Source of the DNA: Ginglymostoma cirratum
Lineage: Eukaryota
Length of the DNA stretch: 64,000 nt
Assembly: GCA_024137785.1 (NCBI GenBank)
Contig: JAHRHZ010000223.1
Location: forward strand, 15,409,652-15,473,651
Reading direction: 5' to 3'
Both the position numbers and the translations under genes were made by a program. The notes under the pieces were generated by a model. The model was given only the letters and a program-made list of their open reading frames with translations. It ran no database searches and was not told the origin of the DNA. Position 1 is the first letter of the stretch. Each line of letters starts with the position of its first letter. Of this stretch, positions 1 through 12,450 are shown piece by piece.

Positions 1-1455
1 GGATATATTTCCTGTAACACCTCAGTTTCCCGACTTTCCACTGGCTTTTCAAGCACAGTCCACAACACTCCCACCTGTGATCCAGTTATATCATTACCAA
101 ACATAAACTGTATTTCTGGAATTGAGAATCTCTCTATTACTCCTGCCACCACTTCACCATTTTTCACCAAACTCTCCAACCTCACTTTATATAATAGAAC
201 CATTTATCACAATCTTTTCTGACAATATTCTTTCTGACAATATATCTCCTCATCTCTCACCATCAAAGATTGGCTTGCTCCTGTATCTTTTAACATCTTA
301 AATTTCTTTACCTACTCCTCCTGATATACATGAGTAAACCTTATCCATGCAAGTAAATTCTGGAAAGAGATCTGGTACTTTCTTCTCAATCAACTCCTGA
401 TCAGATTGTACATTCTTTTGCAGCTTTTTATCTTTCAGTGTGCTTTCCTTTACCATTTCAACAAAACTCATTGGCTTATCCTGTTTTCCCACGTATACGT
501 CTTCCCAGTGCTTTTTCTGAACCACCAACACTGCAGCGTCATGTGACCTACTTAATTACAGACAAAACTTGTGTAACTTTTTACTTCTCTTTCCCCCTTT
601 TGGGTTTCCTTTTTACTCTGCAGTAAGCTATTTTCACTATCTCCAATGAGACCTCCTTGTCCCTTACTACCTGAGGCTTTTCATTTTTTCCTCAATTTCT
701 GTCCCTCACAGATTGAAATTGATGTTGGAAGCCACACTTTGATTTATGAACCAACTCAGAATCATCTGCCATTTCCAATGCTAAGTTTGCAATCTTAACT
801 CTTTGCTCTTCCACATCACTGTCCTCATCACTACTCCTACCTTCCACGTCTACCTCCGCCATTTTACGTTGGCTTTAAGTTTTCAGTTCAAACGTCCAAA
901 CTTCAAAACCTCTCTCTTTTTCCCTTTCTCCTCTTAGGGTCTTCCTTTCCTTTTCTTTTTGTTCTGCAAGGGCTATTCTTTCCTTTTAATTCCTCTGCTA
1001 GAGCTATTCTCTCTTTCTGCTTTTCCTCTGCTTTCAATTGAAAATCAAACTGTTTCATTTCCTTTTTATGTCCAAGCTGCATCATTTGTGAATCAATTTT
1101 AGCCATTTCCAAAGATTCCAATGGCATTTCTGGCAGTAGTAAATGGAGAGCTATTGCTGCAACAAACCCCCCCCGCCCCCGCTTTTTGCCCGGACAGAGG
1201 CAACTCCAACTCCAGCTTGTCTGCTAATTCCAAAAGCTTTACTTTGCTCACTTTCTGTAAAACTCCCAAACTGACCTCTTCCACCCCCAGGAAATTCTTA
1301 GTGACTTACATAAGGCATGCCCTATTTACGTTGCCCAAATGGAGCACGTGAAACAAAAAAAAACACCAAAACCCACCACTCACTGCCCTTGAGTCCAGTA
1401 ATTATAAACCCAACCTGGAATTAGAGATTTGGATGCCCATCAAGAGCTCCAAATT
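1..1455 (-). mobile_element. Ty3/Gypsy LTR retrotransposon, degenerate gag-protease region (truncated by window start)
   Basis: Minus-strand fragments: gag N-terminus (EVSLGVLQKVSKVKLLELADKLEL), E/K/R-rich coiled coil (903-1127), aspartic protease motif KMLKDTGASQSL (~270-300) and downstream IQFMFGND. Many stops and frameshifts. Resembles vertebrate Gmr1-like elements. Confidence 0.85.
1431..1455 (-). other. Degenerate primer-binding site (tRNA-Pro-like)
   Basis: Minus strand AATTTGGAGCTCTTGATGGGCATCC directly follows the LTR end ...CATAACA; it resembles TGGGGGCTCGTCCGGGAT. Confidence 0.5.
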
Positions 1456-1483
1456 TGTTATGAACCAGACCAAACCACCTCAG

Positions 1484-2035
1484 AAGATAACAAGGTGTAG
1501 AGCTGGATGAACACAGCAGGCCAAGCAGCATCAGAGGAGCAGGAAAGCTGACGTTTNNNNNNNNNNNNNNNNNNNNNNNNNNNNNNNNNNNNNNNNNNNN
1601 NNNNNNNNNNNNNNNNNNNNNNNNNNNNNNNNNNNNNNNNNNNNNNNNNNNNNNNNNNNNNNNNNNNNNNNNNNNNNNNNNNNNNNNNNNNNNNNNNNNN
1701 NNNNNNNNNNNNNNNNNNNNNNNNNNNNNNNNNNNNNNNNNNNNNNNNNNNNNNNNNNNNNNNNNNNNNNNNNNNNNNNNNNNNNNNNNNNNNNNNNNNN
1801 NNNNNNNNNNNNNNNNNNNNNNNNNNNNNNNNNNNNNNNNNNNNNNNNNNNNNNNNNNNNNNNNNNNNNNNNNNNNNNNNNNNNNNNNNNNNNNNNNNNN
1901 NNNNNNNNNNNNNNNNNNNNNNNNNNNNNNNNNNNNNNNNNNNNNNNNNNNNNNNNGCTGCTGCTTGACCTGCTGTGTTCATCCAGCCCCATGCTTGTTA
2001 TCTCGGATTCTCCAGCATCTGCAGTACCTTTTATC
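1484..2035. mobile_element. Penelope-like element terminal sequences in inverted arrangement, spanning the gap
   Basis: GATAACAAGGTGTAGAGCTGGATGAACACAGCAGG left of the gap; the reverse complement of a related subfamily right of it. Confidence 0.75.
1557..1956. other. Assembly gap (400 N)
   Basis: Run of N. Confidence 1.
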
Positions 2036-2102
2036 ACTTATCCATAATAATAGAAGAATTGTCTTAACTGTCACTGTCAAAATGTTTAACAAAATAATAT
2101 GT

Positions 2103-2700
2103 AGTGACGATAATATGGCTTTAAGTGGTATATTTCGTCCTGTTTGTTTTTGAAGAGAGGTTTTAAGGCAGAGGTGATGAGCAGTCTACACAGAACCATG
2201 AGAGTAAAATGTTTGTGAGGCTTTTTTTTAATGGAAACAATAGAATCAACTTGAATGGATGGGTTCAAACTCCAAATAGAACTCATTTCAGTAGTTGGGT
2301 GTTGAAGACGTGGAAGCTGTTTTTCCTCCCTCAGGTACAGCTAAAAGCTGCAAGATCTCTTCCTGCTCCTGGAGTTGCATGTGAGATAATCTGTTTTTCT
2401 GAATTTGCTTTTGTAAAAGGGGTGTTAGTGTATTGAAACAGTTAATTAGTAATAGTTACCGTATCTACATGATTGAGAATGTTGATTGAGTTATAGCTAA
2501 GCCATTCTTCTCTTTATTTCTTCTTTTGTTGCATTTTAACTATATGTATGAATAAGGTATGTTTTGCTTCAAATTTGGTAGTTGGCAAGTTGAATTGTAT
2601 CTGGAACACCACATCTTACATTACCTTTAAAAATGAGAAAAGGTTCGGTGTAAACTATCTTCTTAATATATTTTGATGAGGTTTACTCTGATCCATAACA
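2103..2700 (+). mobile_element. Solo LTR of a related family nested in inverted orientation
   Basis: Ends ...ATCCATAACA. Shares blocks ACAGCTAAAAGCTG, TTGCATGTGAGA and AACAGTTAAT with the reverse complement of 2701-3100. Flanks ATGT/ATAT are a possible 4-bp TSD. Confidence 0.75.
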
Positions 2701-3428
2701 ATATATATTAAATACTACTTATTAACTGTTCCAATATAGTGACATACTATAAACACATCCATGGCAAAGGCAAAGGCAATCAGTAGATTGTCTCACATGC
2801 AATTCTAGCAGCAGGAAAGGAATCCCAGCTTTTAGCTGTAACATAAAGACGACTAAGAGCTTCAATATTCTTCTTTAAGACCCCAGCAACTGCAGAAAGC
2901 CAAAACTAAAAATTATGGTTCTGTGGGAGCATGACCTCATCCATTCAGGCTGCTTCTGTTGTTCCAAATTTTTAAAAAATCTAAGGCCTCAAAGCTGTTT
3001 ACTTTATTGGTTTTGAGCAGTCTACTTGTTACCTCTGTCTCAACCTCTCTTCATTAAAAAAGGGCACAAAAGAACCTCATAAATCCATAGTGCTGTTACA
3101 ATATACATTGCTAGAAACTGCAAAGGCTTTGATTACTTTTATGTTTAGAACCAAAATAGAGTAGATGAATACAAGGAAAATATGAATGGAACAATTTTAT
3201 GAATATACAATCCTGGCAAGGAGTGACTGGGCAGGCATTCAGGAAATTGTTGCATGGGTTCCTCATAATTTTTCATCCCTAAACTCAAGCAAATCAGACC
3301 TCCAATTTGTTGGATCTGTGCCCCTGGATGATTCAACCCATCACTGAAAGTGCACATTTCTAACCATGGCCCTTGTATGTAACTGGAAGAGCAAATTATT
3401 GAAGTAGGACAGATGAGCAATAAAATTT

Positions 3429-3681
3429 GGAACAAAAACAAAGTTGCTGGAAAAGCTCAGCAGGTCTTGCAGCGTCTGTGATGGAAAAAACAGAGTTAAC
3501 GTTTCGGGACCGGTGACACTTCCTCAGAACTTCTGAGGTTCTGAGGAAGGGTCACCGGACCCCAAACGTTAACTCTTGTTTTCTCCTTCACAGATGTTGC
3601 CAGACCTGCTGAGCTTTTCCAGCAACTTTGCTTTTGTTCCTGATTTACAGCATCCGCAGTTCATTTGGTTTTTACTTGTGT
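3429..3681. mobile_element. Palindromic Penelope-derived insertion with two opposed hammerhead motifs
   Basis: Arms ~3429-3530 and ~3538-3645 are reverse complements. 10-bp direct repeat AATAAAATTT at 3419-3428 and 3682-3691. Confidence 0.8.
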
Positions 3682-4959
3682 AATAAAATTTTGTTGAAAT
3701 GAAACAAATTTGGAAGACAAAAACAAAAATTGCCGGAGAAACTTGGCAGATCTGGCAGCATTTGTGGAGAGAATGCTAAGCTAATGTTGTGGGTCCAGTG
3801 ATCCATTTCAGAGACAGAATTTGGGGGATATTGGTGACATACTCCTGATGTTTATAGTCTAAAAATTTCAGTGATGACTCAACTGTATGTATGCTGTACA
3901 AATCTAAGCTGCAATTGACAAAATCAGTCCTAACATTAGAAAGACATATAAAACTGTGATGACATGCAGAGAAGTAAAAAGCAGAAACCAAATGCCAGAT
4001 AAAAGCAGATAAATAGAACTAAAAGATGAAGGAAATATATTTTGAGAAGATAATTGAAATTAAAATGATAGGATAAAAAAATCAAGGAGACCTAAGGACA
4101 GATTTCCAGATGGAAGGTGTATGGTTGATGAAGGAGTCAATGATTAAATATAAAAGGCAGTGAACAAACAGTAAAGCGTCCAATTTGAGATATAGGACTG
4201 AAAAGAAGTCACTGAAATAGGCTGGTGCAGGGATATGGATGATATTTGATGTTGATATGGAAGAGTGCAAATTATTGGTGACCATTGCAAAGATTTAGCA
4301 TGATGCAATGCATAAAAAAGTGGGCAAAGGAATAGTTTGCAATTTATGGAGAACACAAGTGAGAAGTTTAGCTAGGACAAGTCAAATCTGGAGGTGACAC
4401 AGGAATAGATTAGAATATCAGCAGAGTGGACCAAACTGGATGGACATTTCAAAGATGAAAGAGCAATAAATAGAGGTTATTTTATCATAACAGATAACTT
4501 TAAAACCTGTCAGGTTTATTATTTTATCTCTTGTAATAAAGTTTGCCAATGTAATAGAAAGGTATAAAGCCTCGAAGAGAATAAAACAAAAACTACTGAT
4601 GCTAGAATAAGATCAATATGAACTGAATATTTCTCAGCTATTCAAACAAACGACTAATTCAACTTCTCATGACATATCTTGCTATTAGTTATAGCAAATG
4701 ACTATTAAAATTAAATGAGAACTTTTGCTGTTGAAGTGGGACTGAATCTAATGCATGCTAACAAAGTCACCTGGTTTGGGAATTGCAACATACTCCTGAT
4801 TTCATCTGCATTCGTGAGAATATATTTGCATGCAAGGCAAAGTTCCAGTTTAAATTGTGAAGTCCGGGAAAACCTCCACGTAGATGTACAGTTATTTGAT
4901 TTTGTACAAGTTTCCTCGAAATGGATTTTAGAATTAATTATGATAACACATTTGGATGA

Positions 4960-5490
4960 GACCATAAGACCAAAAGAGGTAGGAACAGAAGTAAGCTATT
5001 TGGCCCATTGTGTTGCTGCACCATTAAATGAGATCATAGCTATCTGATCGTCCTCAACCCCACTTTCCTGTCTTTTTCCCATAACCCTTGATTCCTTTAC
5101 TGATTAAAAACCTGATAAAGAATTCTGTAGATTCTCTACACCCTTAGAGAAGAAGTTCCTCCTCATCACTGTCTTAAATATCTGACCCCTTTTCTGAGAT
5201 CTTGCTCTCTGGTGTTATACATTCTTTCAAGGGGAAACAACCTTTCCACATCTACCTTGTCAAATCCCCCAAGTTTATTGTATATTGCAATAAAGTCACC
5301 TCTCATCCTTCTAAATTCCAACAAGTACTGGCCAACCTATTTAGCCTCTCCTCATCAGACAGTACTGCCGTATCTGGTATCATCCAGACAGCTTTCTCTG
5401 GACGGCCTCAAAATCGGTGTATCTTTCCTTAGATAAGGGACCAAAACTGGTGACACTATTCCAGCTTTCTGACCATTGCTTTGTATAACC
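4960..5490 (-). mobile_element. CR1 LINE 3' fragment
   Basis: Reverse complement of the CR1 3' end (GACCATAAGACC tail, CCCCATAACCCTTGATTCC, TTCCTCCTCATC); homologous to 6500-7040 and 40335-41750. Confidence 0.85.
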
Positions 5491-5736
5491 TGCAGGGTGT
5501 GCATCCCATATTGTGAAAATTAACATCTATAAATTAGTCTAAAATGGGCTGAGAAAAGAACATCAATGTGCACCAATAGTATAACCAACCCTAACTAGAG
5601 AGTTAAATATTGGCATACACTTACTCTATTTAAGTGTAAGCCTGTCTGACATATATAGGCTACTAATATTGCAGAGCTTTCTCTTGGAGACATTTTCCCA
5701 GAAAAAACTTCCATCCTTGATAATGTTGATACTTAC

Positions 5737-5897
5737 CTGAGATTGTATTCCTGTTTCTATGTTAGTCAGACTGAGTTTCTGTTTTACTCAGAGCTGATAC
5801 CTTCTTTAATGGCTGATCAAGTTCTGCGCAGGCTGGAGGCAAAGGGTTGAAACTTGCTATGATGAAGGGATTGGGATGTTATGGTCTACTTATATGG
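5737..5897 (-). promoter_or_regulatory. Candidate TATA promoter plus non-coding first exon of a gene running leftward
   Basis: Minus strand: CCATATAAGT (5897-5888), pyrimidine-rich Inr-like TTCATC ~31 nt downstream (~5863), an ATG-free ~127-nt segment, then a perfect donor CAG|GTAAGT at 5737/5736. Confidence 0.5.
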
Positions 5898-6023
5898 CAC
5901 ACTGCTGTGACATTTAACATCTTTGAAAGCACAAAGAAGTATTATTATGTTGGCTCACAGTACCTCTAACCGGTAACATGGAGCTGTCATATGATATGTG
6001 CTGCCAAAGTGTACCTTGAGTAA

Positions 6024-6217
6024 GAGAGATAAAAGGTACTGCAGATGCTGGAGAATCCGAGATAACAAGCATGGGGCTGGATGAACACAGCAGGTCAAGC
6101 AGCATCATAGGAGCAGGAAAACTTGACTTCTGATGAAGGGTTTAGGCCCGAAACATCAAGTTTTCCTGCTCCTATGATGCTGCTTGACCTGCTGTGTTCA
6201 TCCAGCCCCATGCTTGT
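6024..6217. mobile_element. Palindromic Penelope-derived insertion
   Basis: Near-perfect ~60-bp inverted arms (6064-6126 and 6156-6217). Direct repeat TGTACCTTGAGTAA at 6010-6023 and 6215-6228. Confidence 0.85.
6125..6162 (+). ncRNA. Minimal type I hammerhead ribozyme motif (Penelope-associated)
   Basis: GACTT-CTGATGA-A-GGGT(TTAG)GCCC-GAAAC-ATC-AAGTT: core boxes CUGANGA and GAAA, stem II, stem I GACTT/AAGTT and an NUH triplet. Confidence 0.7.
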
Positions 6218-6499
6218 ACCTTGAGTAAAGCAGTTTTCGAAGACCAGGATGAGAACTATGCCCATCACATATCTGTCCCCTCCCTTCGTATTACAGTTTG
6301 GTCAGAGGAGTTGAAATGACCAATTGAAGAATTGGTATGTCATGTGGGCTGCTAATATTTATGCTGTGTATTGTAATTTAGACAATGTTCATTCATTTTA
6401 TGGTCTTAAGTTTAACAGCATTAGTTTCTTTACCAGACAACATTTGGAAATTATACAGTTTATTTGTTCCCATATTGTAAGACCTAATAAATTATTGTG

Positions 6500-7040
6500 T
6501 GCAGCTTTAGGCCCCATATCTCAGGAAGGATGTATTGGCCCTGGAGCAGGTTCAGAGGAGGTTCACAAGAATGGTCCCAGGAATGGAAAGCTTAACATAT
6601 GAGGAACGTTTGAGAACTCTGGGACTATACTCATTGAAGTTTAAAAGGACGAAGGGGGATATAATTGAAACTTTCAGAATACCGAATAGCCTGGACAGAT
6701 TGGATTTTGGGAAGATGCTTTCATTGGTAGGAGACACTTGGACCAACGGGCACAGACTTAGAGTAAAGGGAAGACCTTTTAGAATGGAGATAAGGAGAAA
6801 CTTCTTCAGCCAGAGAGTGGTGAATCTATGGAATTCACTGCCACAGAAGACTATGGAGGCCAGCTCATTGAGTACATTTAAGACTGAGATAGATAGGTTC
6901 TTGATTACCAAAAGGGTCAAGGGTTACTGGGAGAAAGCAGGAGAATGGGGTTGGGGAACTTATTAGCCATGATTGAATGGCAGAGCAGACTCGATGGGCC
7001 AAAAGGCCTAATTTCTGTTCCCACGTCTTATGGTCTTATG
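6500..7040 (+). mobile_element. CR1 LINE 3' end (ORF2 C-terminus still open, 6535-6966)
   Basis: ALEQVQRRFTRMVPGMESLTYEERLRTLGLYSL...RRNFFSQRVVNLWNSLP is the typical CR1 ORF2 C-terminus; tail CTTATGGTCTTATGG. Confidence 0.95.
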
Positions 7041-9594
7041 GCCTTATAGTCTAAATTAGAATCACAATTTTGTTGCAATTTGCAATTTTGTTGCAAATCC
7101 AGACACTTTGATCATTAAAAACCTTTTCAGAAAACTTGTTGACTTGAAACCTTAACTTTATTTCTGTCCCCACAGATACTGCTTGACCTATTGAATGTTC
7201 CCAGCACATTCTGCTTTTATTTATCGATTTTGTGACTTTCTGCTTTTTTTATACAATAAAATATTTACATGTGGAACTTGTCACTGAAATCAATCTGCAT
7301 CTCTGTTTTATTCATCAATTGAGATTTTAAGAGTTTGGGATTTTCTAACAGCCACATGAATTTTAAATTAGGAGACATGCTGACAGTTGAGTCCATTGCG
7401 CACAATTTGAGGTGGTAAATCAGAAAAATTCTGGCAAGGGAAGAGATCACATCCAGTTCAGTAATGGTATCTATTTTCCTTACTGCCTGTTGGAGAATGG
7501 GGTAAAGAAGAGCCAAGGGCATTCACATGCTTGAAACTATATAGATCCATTGGACCAGGAAAATCACGCTGAGCATTTTCACTGTCAGTAAACTACAAAA
7601 TAAAATTTGTTGAATGACAAGGAATGACAGACGGTATTTTTTGTTTTGTATGATATTGTAACGGAGCATACAAGAAAATATATTGAAGAGGGATTAACAT
7701 TCAAGAAAATTAACTATAACTTTTATAATGCTCCTCATATAAGTACTGCACAGTGCAAAGTTGAAATTTAGTTTTCTTGAGACTTATGAACTTTTGAAAT
7801 GGTTAGTTACTTTAATGAGCTTCAGAATCCATAGACCTCGCAATACTTTCCAAATCCCAGTGCAGTCAACTACTGATAGGGAAGGATTATCTCTCTGAAT
7901 GCTATGTCAAATGTACTGCAATGTAGAGCTTTGTTTCAAATTCCCAGAATGCATTACTATGCTAGGTTCATGACATACAGTCAAATCTAAAAAGCAAACA
8001 GCTTTTAGTATTCCAAGCAGTGTTAAGTGATTGATTAATTGGTGTTGAGCTCTCTGAGTGTGGCTTAGCTTGTTGCAAATTTCTTAGATTAGACAAGAGA
8101 GTCCCTGTGCATTGACCGAGCGTAGTTTCTTGATGAAACCAGATGTATCCGCTCAAAAAAAACTTTACAGCATTTTGAATTAACAACTATTTTTTGGCAA
8201 ATTTATAGCCAAGACAGTTTTACTGTCAAAGTACTAGGTTATCTTAATTCTTGCGAAAGTAATTAACTTTCCAATAAAAGGATGTGTGTGTCTTTCAATC
8301 TATTTTTAATCTGTGACAAAATGTCAACATTAACAGGGCTATTGTCTTAGTATAGGATCTAAATATTCATATGTTGCTGATGATAAGTTGTAAGTACGAT
8401 TTTATGTTATTTTGAGGTAATGCAATTCTGAAAATAAGAGTTTTTAAGAATCTCATGAGCATCAATGAAATAATTGTAGGTGAATGTTAGGTTCACTTCT
8501 TCTGCAAATCCAATTGTTCACTAATAGATTAATTTGTTGAGCATTTGAAGAAATTTACCGGTAAATATTTGAAATCCCCAATTTAACTTCAGGAAACCAT
8601 GTCAGCCGATGCATGCTTTTCTTGCCAAACACCAGTGTCTCTTAAGTTAGATGAGAAATGCCAGGATCTCTCAGTGAAGCTACTTGTGGTTTGTCTCAAG
8701 CTGACAAACAAACATTCAGAAAATACCATAGCACAAATTTAGGAGTGGCCTGCTTCAGCAAAGACACAATATATATTTAAAATTGACTCACACATTGCCT
8801 TCCAGATTTAAATATGTGCAAATATACTACTTAAATTTTCAGTTTTCAGTTTAGAACAGAGAAAATCTGAAAAGGAATTCTCACAGACCAATCCTGACAA
8901 TTCTAATACTTTTTTTGTTACAAAATGACAAAGTATATAATAATTTGAATTAAGCAAGTATAGAAAACAAAGTACAGTGAGAATTTGATGCCAACATAAA
9001 TCATGTGACTGAAGGAAGCAACTTTACATTAAGAAGAGAAGGCTGGATTATTTTATGATCACACACTGATCTTTTATAAAAAATGTGCTCATTTTATTTA
9101 TTATTTGGAAGATCTGCATAAAACATAGAAGTAGAAATTCATTGTTCACTTTTATTAAACTCAGTACACAGTTCCCCTGAATACAGGAAGGAGGAAACAC
9201 CATAAAGGACATTGAAATGGTGAATTTAGTGACTTTTAATCATTCACAATCTCCTCTTTAATATAATTCAAAGATTTTTAATTTTCTTTGATGAGTATTT
9301 GTAGTACCCATTCATCACATAAGCCATCCTAATTATATAGTTTGACTCAAGCAACATTTGAGATGATACTTAGAAATTAAGAATATAAACATAGGAATAT
9401 GAGCACAGAGTAAACAGTAAGAATCAGCATTTTGGTGGGAAAAATGATCACACATATCTTTAATTTTGTGTTTGAGGTTTTCTTAGGATTAGTATCAGCT
9501 CTTCTCCATGCTTAGTTTGGTGCTTTCTCCTTACAAAACAACATTGACTGAAAAAAAAGCAAGCTCAAAGTTCCATCATCATTACTTCTTTCCT

Positions 9595-9890
9595 AAATTT
9601 ATTTACAGGATGTGGGGATCACAAACATTTATTGCCCATTGGGCAGTTAAGAGTCAACCACATTGGTATGGGCCTAGAGTCACATACAAGCAAGTATGGT
9701 AGATTTGCTTCCCTGAATGACAATTGATAGGGCAGGGGGTCACATTGTGGCCATTAAGTTAGTGCTTTTCATTTTGGAATTTTAACTTTTTGGAAATTCC
9801 ACATCTGCTATAATGGGATTTGAACCTATATTGGCCTGGGCTTCCTAGATTGCTAATCTGGTGACATTACCATTACACCACTGCCTTTCC
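9595..9890 (-). mobile_element. tRNA-derived SINE (common shark family)
   Basis: CATTTATTGCCCA, GGCAGTTAAGAGTCAACCACATT and GGGATTTGAACC (B box on minus strand); homologous to copies at 14960, 37165 and 45105. Confidence 0.75.
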
Positions 9891-11059
9891 TGGATGTCCC
9901 AATTCCCTCATTGTAAAATAAGGCTGAATGGTAAGAAAAGAATACATTAAGAACTCAGACTAAATAATTAACTCGACTTAATCAACTCAATTAGAAATAG
10001 ACCATAAAAACATTGCGCATTACTTTCTGTACATACACACCAGTTAGGTTCAATTCTGATGATGTATTAAAATAAGAACAAAAACCTAAGTGAATATTTT
10101 GCTGTATGCATTTTACATAAGAAATAGAATCACTTCAGCCAAGGTTCATCAAGAATAACTCTAACAGGTTAGTGTAGCAATGAGGAATGTACATCTAAGA
10201 AAATTTAACACAAAGTAACATGTAAGAGATTTGTTAGTCATCATAATAAATATACTAATGTGTCATTAAGTTTCACAATAACTACCTATAGAATTGACTT
10301 CTTATTAAAGTTAATTTTTATTTTGTACCATTGAAACTCAAAGCTGTAGAGAAGATGACTAATTGACAGATACGTTAATATAGATTAATCAGATTTTAGA
10401 TTGTTAACATCAAAAGAACACTTGGTCTTCTGTCCTTTTTGCATTATACCAGAGGACTGTTATCCTCTATGTAGGAGTCGCAATTTTATATCAATGACAT
10501 CAAATTAAATAATGTCAAAGTTATTGTCATCCTGAGTTATGCCACGGATATTTTAGGAAGTATGGTGCAACTGCCAAAGATTTAGGCCAAGGAAAAGTTT
10601 GTATATGTATACAATACATATCATCTTCTACAGTAACAAGTGCAAATCTGCAACTCTTCTTGCAGTCTTCCCACACAGAATCAATCATTGCCTATGCAAA
10701 ACTCAAGGCGGTTCATGTAAGTGAAACTTTGTTCACAAATAGCAAAAAATATTTCACAGTGATGAATATGCACATAACACTGAAATATCTCAAAAAGATT
10801 TGGAAGAATGACTCACACTCTGGTGTAGTTATTGCTTAGCAGAAGTCACATTTGCAATTAAGTGGACTGTTGCTGCCTAGAATTTTCATTCACTATCTTA
10901 TATGTACTTAAGAAAAACATTTCTTTCTGCAAAGCGGTGGTCTCACAGCAACTGTTTTTGGTACTTTTCACATGCCAAAACATTTTTAGGCACTTCACGT
11001 TGGACAAAGAACTGGAAGAAGAGGTGTTAAATGGCTGGTAATTGATGATTTGATCAAAG

Positions 11060-11800
11060 AGGTAGGTATTAGACAAGGTCTTGCAAAATGATGGGAGGGA
11101 GGTAAAGATCTGGACAGTCAGGGAGGAATTTCAGAGCATTGTGCTTTGGTAGCAAAATGGTTTTTAAGAATGGAGCAACTGAAGGGGATTGATGAAAGGT
11201 TTAGGACAGGAATGCTAAATCCTGGCCTTTATAGGAAAGAAGACAATTACAGAGACTGGAAGGAATAAAGTCATGGATTTAAATATGAAAGTGAGAATTT
11301 TAAGTTGAAGGCAACATGGGGTCTTAAATTCAAAGTAGCTCAGCATGGACAGGAGTTATGGGTAAACTTGCTGTAGGATAAGGTATGGTTCACAGAGTTT
11401 TATTTTGCATGAGGGGAAGGTGCTGGATGAGATGCTTTCCTTTGAAATTGTCAATTTTGGAGATGATAAAAACATGAATCGAGGTTTCATCAGAGGATAA
11501 GGAGGCTATAAGCAGTGAGACAGAGATGGAAGCAGACAGTCATCAGGAAGGAGAATATATAGAGATAGAGGTTTAGCTCAGGTTCATATAGGATACAGAG
11601 ATAGTGAATAATCTAATAGAGGAATGGAATCAATAGTAGGATATAATCATTACAACAATACAGTAGCTTCAATCTTCCCATTTTAAGACAAATTGCATTT
11701 CATCCAGAATTGGATTTTGGCAAACAGTCTGATAACAGAGGCAGTAGAGGGGTCCAGAGAAATGAAAATGTGGAAAATGGTCTATTATTGTGATGTGGTC
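11060..11800 (-). mobile_element. Old L2-like LINE fragment
   Basis: Purine-rich antisense blocks (AGGGAGGAATTTCAGAGC, GTGAGAATTTTAAG) similar to 39270-39910 and the reverse complement of 46690-47225. Confidence 0.55.
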
Positions 11801-11869
11801 TTTTGCTTCCAGCAGAGTCTTTGCCCCTAATGAGATATTATTATTTGTTAACTCCCAAACAAAATAAAG

Positions 11870-12065
11870 GGGAGGCAATGATCTAGTAATATTATCACTA
11901 GATTATTAATCCAGGGGACTAGGTAAGGTTCTGGGACCTGGGTTAAAATCATTTGTTTATATATCATAAGCAATGTTCACGCCGGATGGTAGAATTTGAA
12001 TTCAATGAAAATCTTGAATTAAGAATCTAATGGTGACCATGAAACAATTGTTGACTGTTGGAAAT
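11870..12065 (+). mobile_element. tRNA-derived SINE, 5' half
   Basis: GGAGGCAATGATCTAGTAATATTATCACTAGATTATTAATCCAG...GAATTTGAATTCAAT, same family as 37165-37460. Confidence 0.75.
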
Positions 12066-12079
12066 GTCAATGGTTAATA

Positions 12080-12450
12080 AAGGCAAAATACTGCAGCTGC
12101 TGGAAATTAGAAACAAACTCAGCTGGAGAAACTCAGCAGACCTGACAGCAGCTGTGGAGGGAGAAACAGAGTTAATGTTTCAAGTCTGGTAAGGCTCTTC
12201 TTCAGAATTCAGAATGAGGCACTGTTCCTCCAGCTTGTGTTGGGTGTTGCTGAGACACTGCAGCAGACCTGGGACAGAAACAATAACATGGGCATGAGGG
12301 CAAGAGACTGTATTGAATGGCAAGCAACTGGAAGTTCCAGGCTTCTAGGCTATTCTTGCAGGCAGAGCAGAAAATTCCACAAAATGGTTCACCACTCTGC
12401 ATTTGGTTTTGTCAATGTAGAAGAAACTGCATTGAGACAATGCTGAGTGA
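12080..12450 (-). mobile_element. Penelope-like element 3' fragment with GIY-YIG endonuclease remnant and hammerhead motif
   Basis: Minus-strand SQCSFFYIDKTKCRVVNHFVEF and ELPVACH resemble the Penelope GIY-YIG pattern (CSxCGLLYIGETKRRLxxRFxEH...PVAxHF). CTGAAGA...GAAAC-ATT-AAC at 12169-12208. Confidence 0.75.

Larger units (their letters stand above)
1456..3100 (-). mobile_element. 5' LTR of the Gypsy element, interrupted by insertions
   Basis: Minus strand starts TGTAACA (3100) and ends CATAACA (1456). Pieces 2701-3100, ~2040-2102 and 1456-1484 align colinearly with the opposite-strand LTR at 2103-2700. Confidence 0.75.

Noticed and set aside
1458-2037. Long ORFs of 168-174 aa
   Set aside because: Artefacts of reading through the 400-N gap.
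6535-6966. 143-aa ORF as a host gene
   Set aside because: It is the C-terminus of CR1 ORF2 in a 5'-truncated copy.
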